A stretch of 64,000 nt of DNA from assembly GCF_009834535.1 (NCBI RefSeq), contig NC_045696.1:40984001-41048000 (forward strand), written 5' to 3'. Source of the DNA: Camelus ferus. Taxonomy: Eukaryota. The position numbers and the translations under genes are program-made. The notes under the pieces are model-generated. The model saw nothing but the letters and a program-made list of their open reading frames with translations. It did no database searches and was not told the origin of the DNA. Of the stretch, positions 23,795 to 36,744 are shown piece after piece (the stretch's first letter is position 1; each line of letters opens with the position of its first letter).

Positions 23795-26039
23795 GTAAGT
23801 TTTGGATACGTGCTGGATATCCTATTTCTCCCGCTGTGAGCTCTACCCTTTTTGCTGTTCTCGCTGCCTTCTCTTCATCAGGGAGAGAAAAATATCTCTT
23901 GCTGCCACAAACTGCACAGACCCTCGTTTCTTTTTCTTTTGCTTTGCTAACCTTTTATTTTTATTTAATTTGGTCATCTGTATGCTATTTTAAAATTTCC
24001 TGGGAACATAAATTTAACTGTTATCCTGTTATAAGCTTCTCCTAACTTCAAAGTGGAATCTACTGACCAATTTATTTTTCTGTTTTCTTTCTGTGAGAAC
24101 AGAGCATTCATTTGTAAAGCCGGAATCTTTATCCATCCCCCACTTCCTAACTGTTTTGACAGAAGATAGAGAAAGTTATCTGGCTTATTTAGAATTAACA
24201 AAACTTTTGCTTCCTTTAATGGGATGTTTAATATTAAATTATTTAAGTCCTGAATTGATATAGGTAATTATTGTTTCATTTACATGTGAAGGTAGCTCAA
24301 TGTATTTTCTATATCCTCCTATCCAGTAGTGGTGGGCCACAGTTCCTTTATGATTGTTAAAAATCACATTAAACATGTGACAGACTGCTGGTGTGTACAT
24401 CAGTAACCTCATAATTCTCCCCAAGTAATTGTGTGTATATTAACCCCATAATTCTCTCCAAGTAATATTCTGAGTTATTGTTAGGTGTTTATGCACATAA
24501 ATCTGGCATATATTTCAGGATTTAGAAATGGAGATGATGGCAGATATTGAGCTGGGTGAGTGGCCTGAGGCCCATTCCATTACAAACATGTGTAGAGGTC
24601 TCTGTTTAAGCAGTGTTTTGGATTGGAGACTTTATCAGTATGTTATTTACTGTCATGGTGATATGACCAGAACTGATCTTTAATTTCTGGCTTGGAAAGC
24701 AGTAGGTGCTCTAATTGCAGGTTGCAGAGAATGTTTTTGATTCAGAAAGGCAGCGCATACTGTGAGTGGAAGAGTTGAAGTGGCTTTCAGGGTTGCAGAG
24801 TTAGAGAGAACAGCATTGTAGAGAAACCATATAAAGAGCTAGCTGGCCTGCTTCCATTCAAAACCCTGCTGTTTGACCTGGAGCAAGTTACTGGGCCCAT
24901 ACGTACTGCAGTTTCCAGCTCCGTATGTGGAGATAATAGCACCTATCTCATGGGATTGCCTTGAAAACTAAGTTAAACATTAGAGTAGTTCTGGCACAGA
25001 GTTAGTATTTGCTGTTGGACCCACTCTTCATTGCCTTCCTTCTCAGCTTCCCTTGCTGCACATTGATTTCCCCAGCTGCCATTCTGATCTCTACACTTAA
25101 CAACTAGTGTTCACTGAGTGCAGACCACTTGTTAGCAAGGCACTGTATAAGGCTGTAAAGGAGCGAGAGTCTTGAGAAGGGAGTGAGGGAGAATTTATCA
25201 AGTACCTTAGAAAGATCTAGAAGATTCTGAGGGCACAGAGGATGGAAAGCAGACTTCTGATTGTGGGTGGCTTCATGGAAAGGTTGGCATTTCTGGGAAG
25301 GGAGTTTACCAGACAGTTTTGGTCGAGGGAAAATGGATTATAGAACTGAAGGTGGCAGGCATTCTAGGAGGAAAGGAAAGTGTGGGCAAAACACTGAGGC
25401 TGGAAAGTGTAAATCTATCCTCAGGGTTGTGATGCAGGATAATGTGTCAGAGGTTAGTGGGTGGAAAAGTTGGAAAGAGGGGAGAGGTAGGAGGGGGTGG
25501 CATGGAGAGCCTGTTGGGGAAGGAGAAGCTTGGGAGGTAAGATTGGTGGGGGACAGTGAGCCGAACTGGCAGCAGTTTTAGAGTGGAGTTGTTTCTGGAA
25601 CAATCCATCTCTGGAGTCCGTCTCTACTCCTCTCCCAGCATTCCCTCCCCACCTGCTCCACTGCTTCCCATCACCAGTCAGGACCTGTAGGCTGGATGGG
25701 CAGGACTGACCAGTGAGTCTGGGCCCTGCTTTATAAGACTCACTCTGTAAGGGCTGTCTCAGAGCTCTGCTGAGGTGGTCTCGCATTCTGGACTATTACC
25801 CAGGCTTCTTTTCAGAAACAGGCCATACCCTGAAGTCTCTGACATGTGATTATTGTGCCCCTCCCCAACCGTGTTCACACAGTGTGTGCCAATAGCTCTT
25901 CTTCATTTGGCTGAGAGAATCATCTATTCACATGTTAATACTTGTAACTTCATTATGTACAATTATTGAGATAGATAAGTTCTGTAATATGCACCTAAGT
26001 GGAAAGTCAGTTTGAATATGTCTTGCTTTATTTTCCTCG

Positions 26040-26480
26040 AGGGCATTGTGTTGTGTCAGAGAGAACCTGAGTCTGGCTCTGGTGCTGCCCCTGACCACCT
26101 GTGTGACCTCGGGCAAGACATTGAGCCATTATGGCCTTCTCTGTGCCATCATCTGTAAAATGATCTCTAAGGTCCCTTCTCTCTTGAGTGATCTTTATTC
26201 TTCCTGCTGCATCCCCGGGACAGGCTGTTGCTTCCAGATGGCTATGCGATACATCAGTGGCTAACGTTTTCTGACCACTTAATACATGGCAGACATTGTT
26301 CTGGTTGCTGTACGTGCCTTAGCTCATGTAAGCCTCTGAGCGACCCTGTGAAGTTTGGTACCTTTTAGCTGTGGAGACTGAAGCACAGGCAGATTAAGAA
26401 ACTTGCCCAAGGTCAGTGTACAGATGGCAGATGCAGACCCGGACAGTGACACTCCAGAGCCCAAGCCTCAACCACTAGTC
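26040..26480. mobile_element. Two MIR fragments in opposite orientations
   Basis: 'ctgtgtgacctcgggcaag...catctgtaaaatg' and 'gagactgaagcacagg...aacttgcccaaggtca'. Confidence 0.65.
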
Positions 26481-26794
26481 TGCACTGCCTTAGAGGTAGT
26501 ACAGCGGGGCTGCTCCTCTGGTTTGTGGTAGTGGTAGCCAAGAAGTCCATGGAAGGAGGATCACTGGAGGGGGAGGGAAGGTTTGGAGGAGTGGAGTCAG
26601 TAACATTTCCTGGGAGAGGCCAACATGAGTCTCATTTATGGGATGTGCCACAGGTGTAGACAGGAAACATTTCACTCATTTATTAGATTATTATCTAAAT
26701 ATGGGGATATCAATAGGCATTAAGCGAGAAAATCAATGTAAACCTTTAACATAGTGTCTGCATCATAGCAAAGTCTACACTTGTAAGTAATTCA

Positions 26795-27209
26795 TTATTT
26801 TTTACTGTAGTAAAATAAACATAACATAAAATTTGGCATTATAACCATTGCTCAGTGACATCAAGTACATTCACATTGCTGTGCAACCTTCACAGCTATC
26901 TATCTCCTGAACTTTTTTTTATCAAACTGAAACTGTGTACTCATTCAACAATAACTCTCTATTTCCTTCTGGCAACTACCATTCTACTTTCTGTCTCCAT
27001 GAATCTGACTACTCTAGGTATCTCATATAAGTGGAGATATACAATATTCTTTTATGACTGGCTTATTTCACTTAGCATTCTACTTCAAGGTTCAAACATA
27101 TTGTAGTATGTGTCATAATTTCACTCCTTTTTAAGGCTGAATACTGTTCCATTGTATGTGTATATCACATTTTGTTTATCTGTTGGTGGACATTTGGGTT
27201 ATTTCTATC
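26795..27209 (-). mobile_element. Old L1MA/MB 3' end, left part (continues at 31978)
   Basis: 'ctggcaactaccattctactttctgtctccatgaatctgactactctagg...ggacatttgggttatttctatc' joins seamlessly to 'ttttggttaatgagaataatgctg'. Confidence 0.8.
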
Positions 27210-27220
27210 TGTGATGGTAA

Positions 27221-30200
27221 TTTTTTTTTTTGCAGAATTTGTAGTTTATTATATGTAAGATACATCTTCATATAGAAAGCCTCTAAACACAAAAGACAAA
27301 GGAGCTTTAAAAAAAAAGGCTAGGTTTTATATTTTAAAAACTCATTAGATACCAAATTCAAGGCAGAGTTTATAGTTACATTGTAAAATATTATCTTTTT
27401 TGAATAAAACTAATATTGACTTAAATGATGAATTTTAAAATGCAATTACTTATTGGTGATTAAAAATACTTAAGCAAAGTAGTATTTTAAGCCAGACAGA
27501 GTAAAGGGAATTCTTCTTTAATATATGCATTTTAATTCCAGTAATATTCTTAAATTTCTGTTAAAATGTAATCAATATTAAAGTTAGTAAAATACTTGTT
27601 TTGACTGATGCCTGGATTATTTTACCACTTAACCTGGTTACACAGTGACTTTTTTTTTTCTGTCAGATGTAACTGACAATCAGTTTAGTCTTTAAGATAA
27701 ATGAAGTAGATGATAACTCACATTGTAGCATCCTGTGGAAAATATTCAAACTACATTTAAAATGCTTTTTAAAAATGGAGATGTCTCATCATTATTCCAC
27801 AAGAAATTGTTTCTGTAAAACTATAGGTTGGCTATGGCAATAGTAACTAAACTACATTCAGAAAAATCTCTGAAAAGAAAAACACACCAAACAACCCAAT
27901 CCAAAGATGGGTAAAAGACCTGAACAAGCAATTCTCCAAGGAAGACATACAAATGATCAATAAGCACATGAAAAAATGCTCAATATCACTAATTATCAGA
28001 GAAATGCAAATCAAAACTACAATGAGGTATCACCTCACACCAGTCAGAATGGCCATCATTCAAAAATCCACGAATGACAAATGCTGGAGAGGCTGTGGAG
28101 AAAGGGGAACCCTCCTACACTGCTGGTGGGAATGCAGTTTGGTGCAGCCACTGTGGAAAACAGTGTGGAGATTCCTCAAAAGACTAGGAATAGACTTACC
28201 ATATGACCCAGGAATCCTGCTCCTGGGCTTATATCCAGAAGGAACCCTACTTCAGGATGACACCTGAACCCCAATGTTCATAGCAGCACTATTTACAATA
28301 GCCAAGACATGGAAACAGCCTAAATGTCCATCAACGGATGACTGGATAAAGAAGATGTGGTATATTTATACAATGGAATACTATTCAACCATAAAAACCA
28401 ACAACATAATGCCATTTGCAGCAACATGGATGCTCCTAGAGAATGTCATTCTAAGTGAAGTAAGCCAGAAAGAGAAAGAAAAATACCATATGAGATCGCT
28501 CATATGTGGAATCTAAAAAACAAAAACAAAAAAACAAAGCATAAATACTAAACAGAAATAGACTTATAGACATAGAATACAAACTTGTGGTTGCCAAGGG
28601 GGTGGAGGGTGGGAAGGGATAGACAGGATTTTAAAACTGTAGAATAGATAAACAAGATTATACTGTATAGCACAGGGAAATATACACAAGATCTTATGGT
28701 AGCTCACAGAGAAAAAAATGTGACAATGAATATCTATATGTTCATGTATAACTGGAAAATTGTACTCTACACTGGAATTTGACACAACATTGTAAAATGA
28801 TTATAAATCAATAAAAAATGTTAAAAAAAGAAAAACACAGCCTAGTTATAATATGCAATATAAAGGTTATTTTCTTATTTTAAAAATCTTCCCATTTTGG
28901 AGAAATCCTAAACTTTCCATAGTTCCCTTATTAGGCAGTGCCACATAAAGTTATTTAGTTAACATTATTATGATCATGGCTTACGATTAAATTCAATTTG
29001 ACAAATACCTATATATAGCAGCCCTCGCATGGATGTCGGTTATGACGATAATTGCAGTTCCATCAAAGAATACTTGCTTATTAAATTTGGTACAAAGCAT
29101 GAACATTCAGGACAGATTGGCACAACACATGCAGTTCGAGAACTCTCTTCGCTCAAGCCAGTCATCATAGTCCAGTCCTGCTTTCCAAATCCTTCTTTGT
29201 ATCATAACTGATGTTTAAAATGCTTCTTAAAACATCTTCCAGAATGAGAAAGGTAGGCTTTCAAAACCAGTCATCAGAATGCATGGTGGAAATGAGGCAG
29301 GATAGCTGAACCAGTGCCAGCTGGGAACATGGGGGGGATGGGAGGGAGGGGGAGCTGGCCCAGGCTCATAGTGCTCGTGGCTAGTGAGGGATCTTGTTGC
29401 TGCTGTCCCAGACAGCTTAGCCTATGGGGCAGAGATTCCCTAGGCCCCAGGGTGGGAGTGTTATTCCCAAAGGCATTTTGGGTAGCAGGAGGGGGCAGCT
29501 GCCAGAAGCCCAACAAGGGGGAAAGGTCCAAAGAGGCAGCTATTGTTAGGTTCACAGCGTCTGCAGGCAGCTCCCTGGGCAGGTTGACTTTACCAGCACC
29601 TCTCTTAGCCAGATCAAAATCTGGGTTGAGCTTGCTTGTGAGGTGACTGAGGCTCTTGCAGAGGCCAGTCCTCAAGCAAATTGGTATTGCTGAATCCTTT
29701 AGTAACTGCTTTGAGGGGCAGGCTTGAAGTGGGGAGTATGAGGTAGAACTGGTGTTGTACTTGTGATTCTGGTGGGGTGGTGGAGGAGAGCTTGGGAGAA
29801 GCTACGGCGGGGAGGGTGGGTGCGCAGGGGTGCCAGGAGCTCTGGCAGCCCCGGGACAGGCTGGGAGGTTGGCTCCGGGGGATTGTGGGTGTGGCTGTGT
29901 ACCTCAGCTGGCAAGCTACTTGCAAGCCCGTTCTGTGCAGGAGCTCCTAAAGGGAAAGGAGACAGCGGGGCCACCCTCAGTCGAAACTGGGAGAGAGATG
30001 GAGTGGAAGGTGCTCAGAAGGTCTGCAGACTGCAAACTCCCTTTCATCAGCTCCTGAGTGTGTCTTCTTGGTATGTCATTTTTGGTGGTTTTTGCGCTCA
30101 AATCTCTGGGCACAAAACTGACACTGGGAAGTCCTTACAGCCTGTGTGGATCACCAGGTGGCACCGCACGTCTTTCAGGGTGTAGAAGCATCTTTCACAG

Positions 30201-31541
30201 TGGTCGCACTGGTGCTTCTTTTCCTTGGTTCCACTAGGGGGCGTCTCCTCTGCGTGGGCTTTGAGGTGGTCCAGCAGCACCTCTGTGCTCCCCAGCTCCA
30301 GGGCACAAACCCTGCAGGTGAGGTCACCGCTGCTGGCTGCAGGGAGGGCCAGGTGGCTCTTGTAGCCCAGCATAGTGTTGTACTTCTTCCCACACTCCTC
30401 ACACCCAAAGGCCATTTTGTTGGAGTCATGTGTTTGGGGGTGTTTTTCAGGTGGTCTTTCCGTTTAAAAGTCTTCTCACAGTGAGCACACTGGTGGGACT
30501 TCTGGGATGAGTGGGTAGCCTCATTAATTTGTATCTGGAAATGAAGGTTTTGCCAGAGTCTGGCTGCAAGCACTTGTAGGGTCACTCCCTGGAGTGGGAA
30601 TAATTGTGGATAGTGAATTTCTTCAGGGTGAGGAATGTCTTGCCAGATAATTGGAGGGGTACGTGGCCATGGGCTTTGTCTCTCACACCTTCCTTTTCGG
30701 ATGCGCTGACCAAAAACTGTGCCGTTTAAGTACAAATAGAAGGATGGTGCTGAGCACATCAGCAGAGCCACAGCAACTGAAATCCAGACCACAGAGGAGG
30801 CAGCGTTATGGTCCTGGACCTGGTTCTACCCAGACACGGGTCTCTCAGTTACCACTAGCTTTGCTTGCTGCTTCCCACAGCCCAACTTCCGTGCAGTCTC
30901 AGGCTGAGAGGAGAAAGTCCGAGGCACTGATGAGGTTCCGGGAGCCAAAAGGCAATCTGCATCACTAGAGCTGGGGCATGTCCTGGATCATCCGGCTGTC
31001 CATTGTTAGCTATGTCCTGAGGTTCGGTTTGCTCATTTGTGGTGTCTGCCTGATGCATGTCAATGGGCTAACGGGGACAACCTGCTTCTCGGGACCAGGA
31101 AACGTCAGCTCTGAGGCGTCAGGGAGTCCTCTCAGAAGTCTGAGGCTTCAAACAAGATTAACTCCTCTGATTCCTCTGCAAATACTGTTCTAGTCTGAGG
31201 CACAGAGAAGTTTCAGATGTGACATGAAACAGAGGCCACATCAGAGGTGATATCAATCAAAAGCCAATGATGATTATGTTGTCAGTCAGGCTGGAACCAC
31301 CTTAGGGACAGGAACACAGTAACTCCATGATAGATGATGAAATGTCCACACCTAGACGCGCTGTGTTGTAAAACCTGCGGGGTCCGGAGCCCCTCCCTGG
31401 AGCTCAGGCGCGGCAGCTCGGGCGCGCCGCCTCCGCGGGCATGACGGTGACCCTAGGAAGCGCCCTGCGCGCCAAGGCCTGTGGTCCTCGGGGCTGGGAG
31501 GAGAGCAATGCCATCTGTCCGTCCTTCTGTCCTCCAGAGAG
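27221..31541 (-). pseudogene. PLAGL1: Apparently full-length processed pseudogene of PLAGL1 (ZAC1/LOT1); disrupted CDS about 30670 to 29271
   Basis: Fragments translate to PLAGL1 (MATYP..., [37 protein letters not shown], ...[16 protein letters not shown]...ILPHFHHAF). Intronless, with several frameshifts and a TGA at 30582-30584. AATAAA (rc 27245-27250), poly(A) remnant 27221-27231, TSD tctgtgatgg(t)taatt at 27208 and 31542. Confidence 0.95.
27887..28825 (+). mobile_element. Young 5'-truncated L1 inserted in the PLAGL1 retrocopy 3'UTR
   Basis: ORF2 C-terminus with [18 protein letters not shown] and one nonsense codon, plus 3'UTR and A tail. Perfect 14-bp TSD AAAAGAAAAACACA at 27873-27886 and 28826-28839. 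Confidence 0.95.
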
Positions 31542-31543
31542 TC

Positions 31544-31977
31544 TGTGATGGTTAATTTTTTGTGTCAATTTATCTAGGCCATAGTATGCAGATATTTGGT
31601 CAAACATTATTCTATATTTCTGTGAAGGTATTTTTAAAATGAAATTAACACTGAAATTAGTAGACTTTGAGTAAAGCAGATTATCATAATGTAGGTGGGT
31701 CTCATCCAATCATTTGAAGGCCTTAATAGAAGACTGATCTCCCTTGAAGAGGAGGGAATTCTGCCGGCAGGCTGCATTAAGACATGAACTGCAGCATCAG
31801 CCCTTCCCTGGGTTTCCAGCCTGTTGGCTTATACTGAAGATTTTGGACTTGCCAGCTTCCACAATCGCACGAGCCAATTACTGCAATAAATATCTCTCAC
31901 TTTCTTTATATCTATCAACTTACATATATATCTATATCCTCTTGGGTCTGTTTCTCAGGAGAACCCCAACTAATACG
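31544..31977 (+). mobile_element. MLT2-type (ERVL) solo LTR
   Basis: Starts TGTGATGGTTAATTTT(T)TGTGTCAA, ends ...GGAGAACCCCAACTAATAC(G). 5-bp TSD ctatc (27205-27209) / ttatc (31978-31982). Confidence 0.85.
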
Positions 31978-32750
31978 TTATCTTTTGGTTAATGAGAATA
32001 ATGCTGTGATGAACATTAGTGTAGAAATGTCTGTTGGGGTTCCTGCTTTCATTTCTTTTGGGTGTAAATCTGGAAGTGAATTTGCAGGATCACACAGTAA
32101 TTCAATATTTCATTATTTGAGGAACCGCCATACTGTTTTCCACAGCAGCTGCACCATTTTACAGTCCCATCAGCAATACACAAGGGTCCTGATTTCTCCA
32201 TTTGTTATTCTGTTCTTTTAATTATTGTTTTTTAGTAACAGTCATCTTCATGGATATGAAGTATTATTTTATTGTGGTTTTGAGTTGCATTTCTCTAATG
32301 ATTAGTGACGTTGAGCATCTTTTCATGTGCTTATTGGCCATTTGTATATCTTTTTTTTTTTTGTCTAGTTAAGTTCTTTGTTCATTTTTAAGTCAGGTTT
32401 TGTTTCGCTGTTGAGTTGTGGGCATTCTTTATATATTCATGATGTTAACTATTCATCAAGTGTATGATTTGTAGATATTTTCTCCCATTCCCTAGGCTGC
32501 CTTTTATCTCTGTTGTTGTTGTCTTTTGATATAGTTCAATTAGTATATTTTTCCTTTTGTTGCCTGTGGTTTTGGTGTCATATCCAAGAAAGTATTGCCA
32601 AATCAAATGTGATGGTTTTCATTTGTTTTCTTCTAAGAGCTTTATAGTTTTAGTTTTGATGTTTAGGTCTTTGATACATTTTGTATTAATTTTTGTATTT
32701 GATGGAGGTAAGGGTCTGACTTTCTTATTTTGCATGTGGATATCTAAGCT
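31978..32750 (-). mobile_element. Old L1 ORF2 3' region, continuation of 26795-27209
   Basis: 'tttgaggaaccgccatactgttttccacagcagctgcacc' and 'gttgagcatcttttcatgtgcttattggcc'. Confidence 0.8.
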
Positions 32751-33829
32751 ATTCTCTTATCAATCATCATAATGCTTATCTCCATGTAAACATCATTAAC
32801 ATAGCGATAGCTGTAGTATCAAAATATTGATTCATTCTTGACTTATTCTTTAAATTATGTCTAAAGTGCTAATTTTTTCTCATAGAAAGATTTATACTTT
32901 CTATAACTTTTAATGTTTCCAAGGAGGAAAGATTATTCCTGTGGTTAAAAGGCATTGGTTGTTGAGAGCTATCCTTTGTTTGCTTGCTTGCTTGCTTGTT
33001 TCTTTATTGTTCTGCCTTTTTTTTTTTAAACTCAGCCATATACACACACAGATATACATACACATATACATGAATAATACACACATCTCAACTTGTCATT
33101 TAAGACATAAAGATTTTTGTAGCATATTTTGTCATGGAGAACAGTAGGTGAAATTCAAATGGAAGGAAGTTCTTTTTTTGAAGAAAAAGACTAAATCACT
33201 TAATGTGACAGTGGCATTGGACTAAGCTTGTCAAACCAGGCTGTTTGCACTGTTCCTCTCTCTGGACTGTTGGCTTCTCCCTGTGAACCATCTGACTGTT
33301 TCCAGTCTTCTCTGGCTTTCAGAGCTCCTGTGAAGAACTCTGACACTCAGCTGCCTCAGTGAAACCTTGGAAGAGAATGAGTTTTTCTCCCATGCACCTG
33401 CCACCCCTCCCAGTAGCCTGGGCCCTTCTGGTGCTATCAACTCTCCTAAACAGGAAAAAGGTACGGAGGCAAATGTCTCTTTTCTTTGCTGCCGAGTGCG
33501 AAGTTACGTCCTTTGTGGCTTGGTTATCTCTCTTATAAAAAAGTGACTAGCATTTTCCACGGCAAGGAAGTGAGTGGTATGTCAGCACTTTCCTCTAGGG
33601 TGCCTGAAATTCTATGGCTTCTAAAAATATATACATTATTTTATTGAATTCCCTTTAATAGATGAGAAAGTTGATTTTTTTGTAAAGTAGTATTATATAC
33701 CTAAGGAAATTGATGTTCAGAAAGGTAAATTTTGCTGTTTATCTAGTAAGTGAGGAATATGAAACTTCATCCGATTTTACTGCCCTTTTCATTAAACGTC
33801 TCTGCTGCCTCCAAAAGACAGCGCACTGC

Positions 33830-34012
33830 CCAGTCTAGAACTGGTACATAATTCCAGCTGTGCAACCAAATCACTGTGGAGCTATTAAAAACTACACGAC
33901 CCCCTCCTTGTCCTGCCCCTGGGGATTCTTTTTCAACAGGTGCAGAATGAGGCCAGGCATCTGTGAAAAGTTCCACGTAGAAATCTGATGCTTGGTCCAG
34001 GTCGAGAACCAG
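33830..34012. mobile_element. MER5-like hAT-Charlie DNA transposon remnant
   Basis: 'aatcactgtggagctattaaaaact...tgaggccaggcatctgtg...tctgatgc...gtcgagaaccag'. Confidence 0.5.
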
Positions 34013-34894
34013 GTAGAAGGAATTTTTCCAGCCAGAGATAATAACCCTTACTCAGGTAGGGTAAATACCCAGGTGGGCTGATGTTCTTTCCCAGTGCTCT
34101 GAACTGGCCCAAGCAAGTACAGTCGGAGGAAAGCTCGTTATAAGGTCATAATTAAAAAAGCATGTGTGGTGGTGGGTGTTAACTAGCCTTGTGGTAATCA
34201 TTTCGCAATATAGACGTATACTGAAAATCATTATGTTGTGCACCTGAATCTAATATGATGTTCTACGTCAACTGTATCTCAATAAAACAACAACAACAAA
34301 TTGACTGGATGGGATGTTTACAGTGGTTCCCTTTTTATCTTGTGGCCACATTTCCATGCAAACTCACTTCTTTAAGCTGAAAGGTGAACTCCTTCTTACC
34401 AAATTATGTAGAGCTCCCATTAACTTCACTTTTCTCAGAGCCAGAGTCCCCTCAGGGCTGTAGTTATTTCTTGGTAGTAACTTAGGTGTTTAAGAGTCAT
34501 TTGAGTTCCCTCCTAATGACCTGAAAGTATAATTAGTCCATTTTCTGACTTGAGTCAACAACGAGGCGGCCAAATAGACCCTTATGTAGAGAAGCTGTGT
34601 CTATCTCTGGCTCATGGTCTACCACGAATTACATTTTCAGCCAAAAGCATTATATTTTATTTGTCATATTTTTAAAAGCAGAAAAAGGAAACCAAAGTGA
34701 AATATAAGGAATTTCTAAACTTTGGGTAAATATTTCTTCAAAAAAAGATATATTAGTTCCTAAAATATTCCTCTAAAGTTAAAATAATTGATTAAAATAT
34801 AAAAATATTGGGATTAATGACTATTCTCATAGAATTCAAAAGACATACCTCATATCCAAGTAGCCCTATTTTAAATCACTACCCTCACATTTTA

Positions 34895-35523
34895 TTTTAT
34901 TTTAATTTATTTTTATTTTTGATTGAAATAGTTACAATGTGTCAATTTCTGGTGTACAGCATAATGTCCTAGTCATGCATATACATACATATATTCTTTT
35001 TTTATATTCTCTTTCATTAAAGGTTATTACAAGATATTGAATATAGTTCCCTGTGCTATACAGAAGGAACTTGTTTTTTTAAAAATCTATTTTTTTATAT
35101 AGTGGCTAACATTTACAAATCTCAAATCTCAAATTTATCCCTTTCCACCTCCTTCCCCCTCTGGTAACCATAAGATTATTTACTATGTCTGCAAGTCTGT
35201 TTCTGTTTGTAGGTGAGTTCAGAGTCTCCCCCTTGTTTTTTTTAGATTCCACATATGAGTGATATCATATGGTATTTTTCTTTCTTTTTATGACTTACTT
35301 GACTTAGAATAATGATCTCTAGGTCCATCCATGTTGCTGTAAATGGCATTATTTTATACTATTTTATGACTGAGTAGTATTCCACTGTATAAATATACCA
35401 CAACTTCCTTATCCAGTCATTTGTTGATGGACATTTAGCTTGCTTCCATGTCTTGGCTATTGTATATAGTGCTGCTATGAACATTGGGGTGCATGTATCT
35501 TCTCAAATTAGAATTCCCTCCGG
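34895..35523 (-). mobile_element. 5'-truncated L1 3' end
   Basis: ORF2 end and 3'UTR in reverse. TSD-like atcactaccc..cac.ttta at 34875 and 35524. Confidence 0.85.
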
Positions 35524-35886
35524 ATCACTACCCCTACACTTTAAATTTAAAAAAGTATAAAGTTCTGAATTTCACTTTGATATGTATAGGTATGGATTTA
35601 AAAAATTTTTTTTACCCTCTTGTTTTTTCCTGATGTGTTCTTTCAATTAGGGCCCAAGTCTTTCTTTAGCTCAGAGAGTTTTTCTCCAACTATTTGGTTC
35701 TTGCCTCCCTTCTCTCTCCCAGCAAGGCATAATTCAGACTGATGATTATGGAAAACTGTTAAAAGAAGAGAGGAAAAGCCAAAAGAGAGTCAGATATTGT
35801 AGTAAGGAGCACACTTAGGACAATTTTAGAGTCTTTGTATATTTAAAAAATAATGAAAATTTAGTAACATTAAAGATGTTAGTGAA

Positions 35887-36131
35887 CAGAGAGGATGCGG
35901 GGTGGGACGGGATAAACTGGGAGTTCAAGATTTGCAGATACTGACTGGTATATATGAAATAGATAAACAAGTTTATACTGTATAGCACAGGGAAATATAT
36001 TCGATATCTTGTATCTTGGTGAAAAAGAATATGAAAACAAATATATGTATATTCATGTATGACGGAAACATTGTGCTGTACACCAGAAATTGACACCACA
36101 TTGTAAATTGACTATACTTCAATTAAAAAAA
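35887..36131 (+). mobile_element. Short young L1 3' end
   Basis: Perfect 15-bp TSD AAAGATGTTAGTGAA at 35872-35886 and 36132-36146, with an A tail. Confidence 0.9.
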
Positions 36132-36744
36132 AAAGATGTTAGTGAAGAAGGGAAAAATCATGAAAAGTACACACACCAAAATCATGTCATGGCTGAACCT
36201 TGGGGATGAAGACTTGAGGAACAGAGAATAACGATGGGGAGGGGGAAAGAAGGTGTGTTGAGGAAGAACTAGGGGAATTGGGGTTAGAGACCTCGCAGCA
36301 CCTTACCTTTAAGCTGGCATAAAGGAGAACCGATGCCCTAGCTTCTCCATCTCTGGTGCTATTTCTCCGCTTTCTGCTCTGCCCTTGGTTTGTGTGCACT
36401 TAAGTCATGAAAACAGGCTGTGGAAGAGCAGGGTGACCTTGTTTTTGCTGCTTGTGACTTCTCAGACAAGCTGTTTCCACTTGTGGGAGCAGAGGGATGA
36501 ATCAACACCTCATGCCCAGGGGGCGAGTTGGGAACCTCCATTTGGACACTAAGTCTCATTTTTCTTATCAGAAAATCAAGTCTGCCTTGCCCTTTTTCTA
36601 AGAGTGGATTCATGAAGTAATGTATGTGATGGGGCTTTGTCAAGTGTGATGTGCTCCACAGAGGTGAGGCGTTATATAACTATGACCATGCTTTAAAGCT
36701 CTTTCTCCATAGAAAGATACAGAAACAACTAATGGCTAAGTAAG

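Noticed and set aside
29271..30792. Functional PLAGL1 gene or new zinc-finger protein
   Set aside because: Homology is split across frames, with an early frameshift, a nonsense codon and lost zinc ligands. Poly(A) and TSD mark it as a retrocopy.
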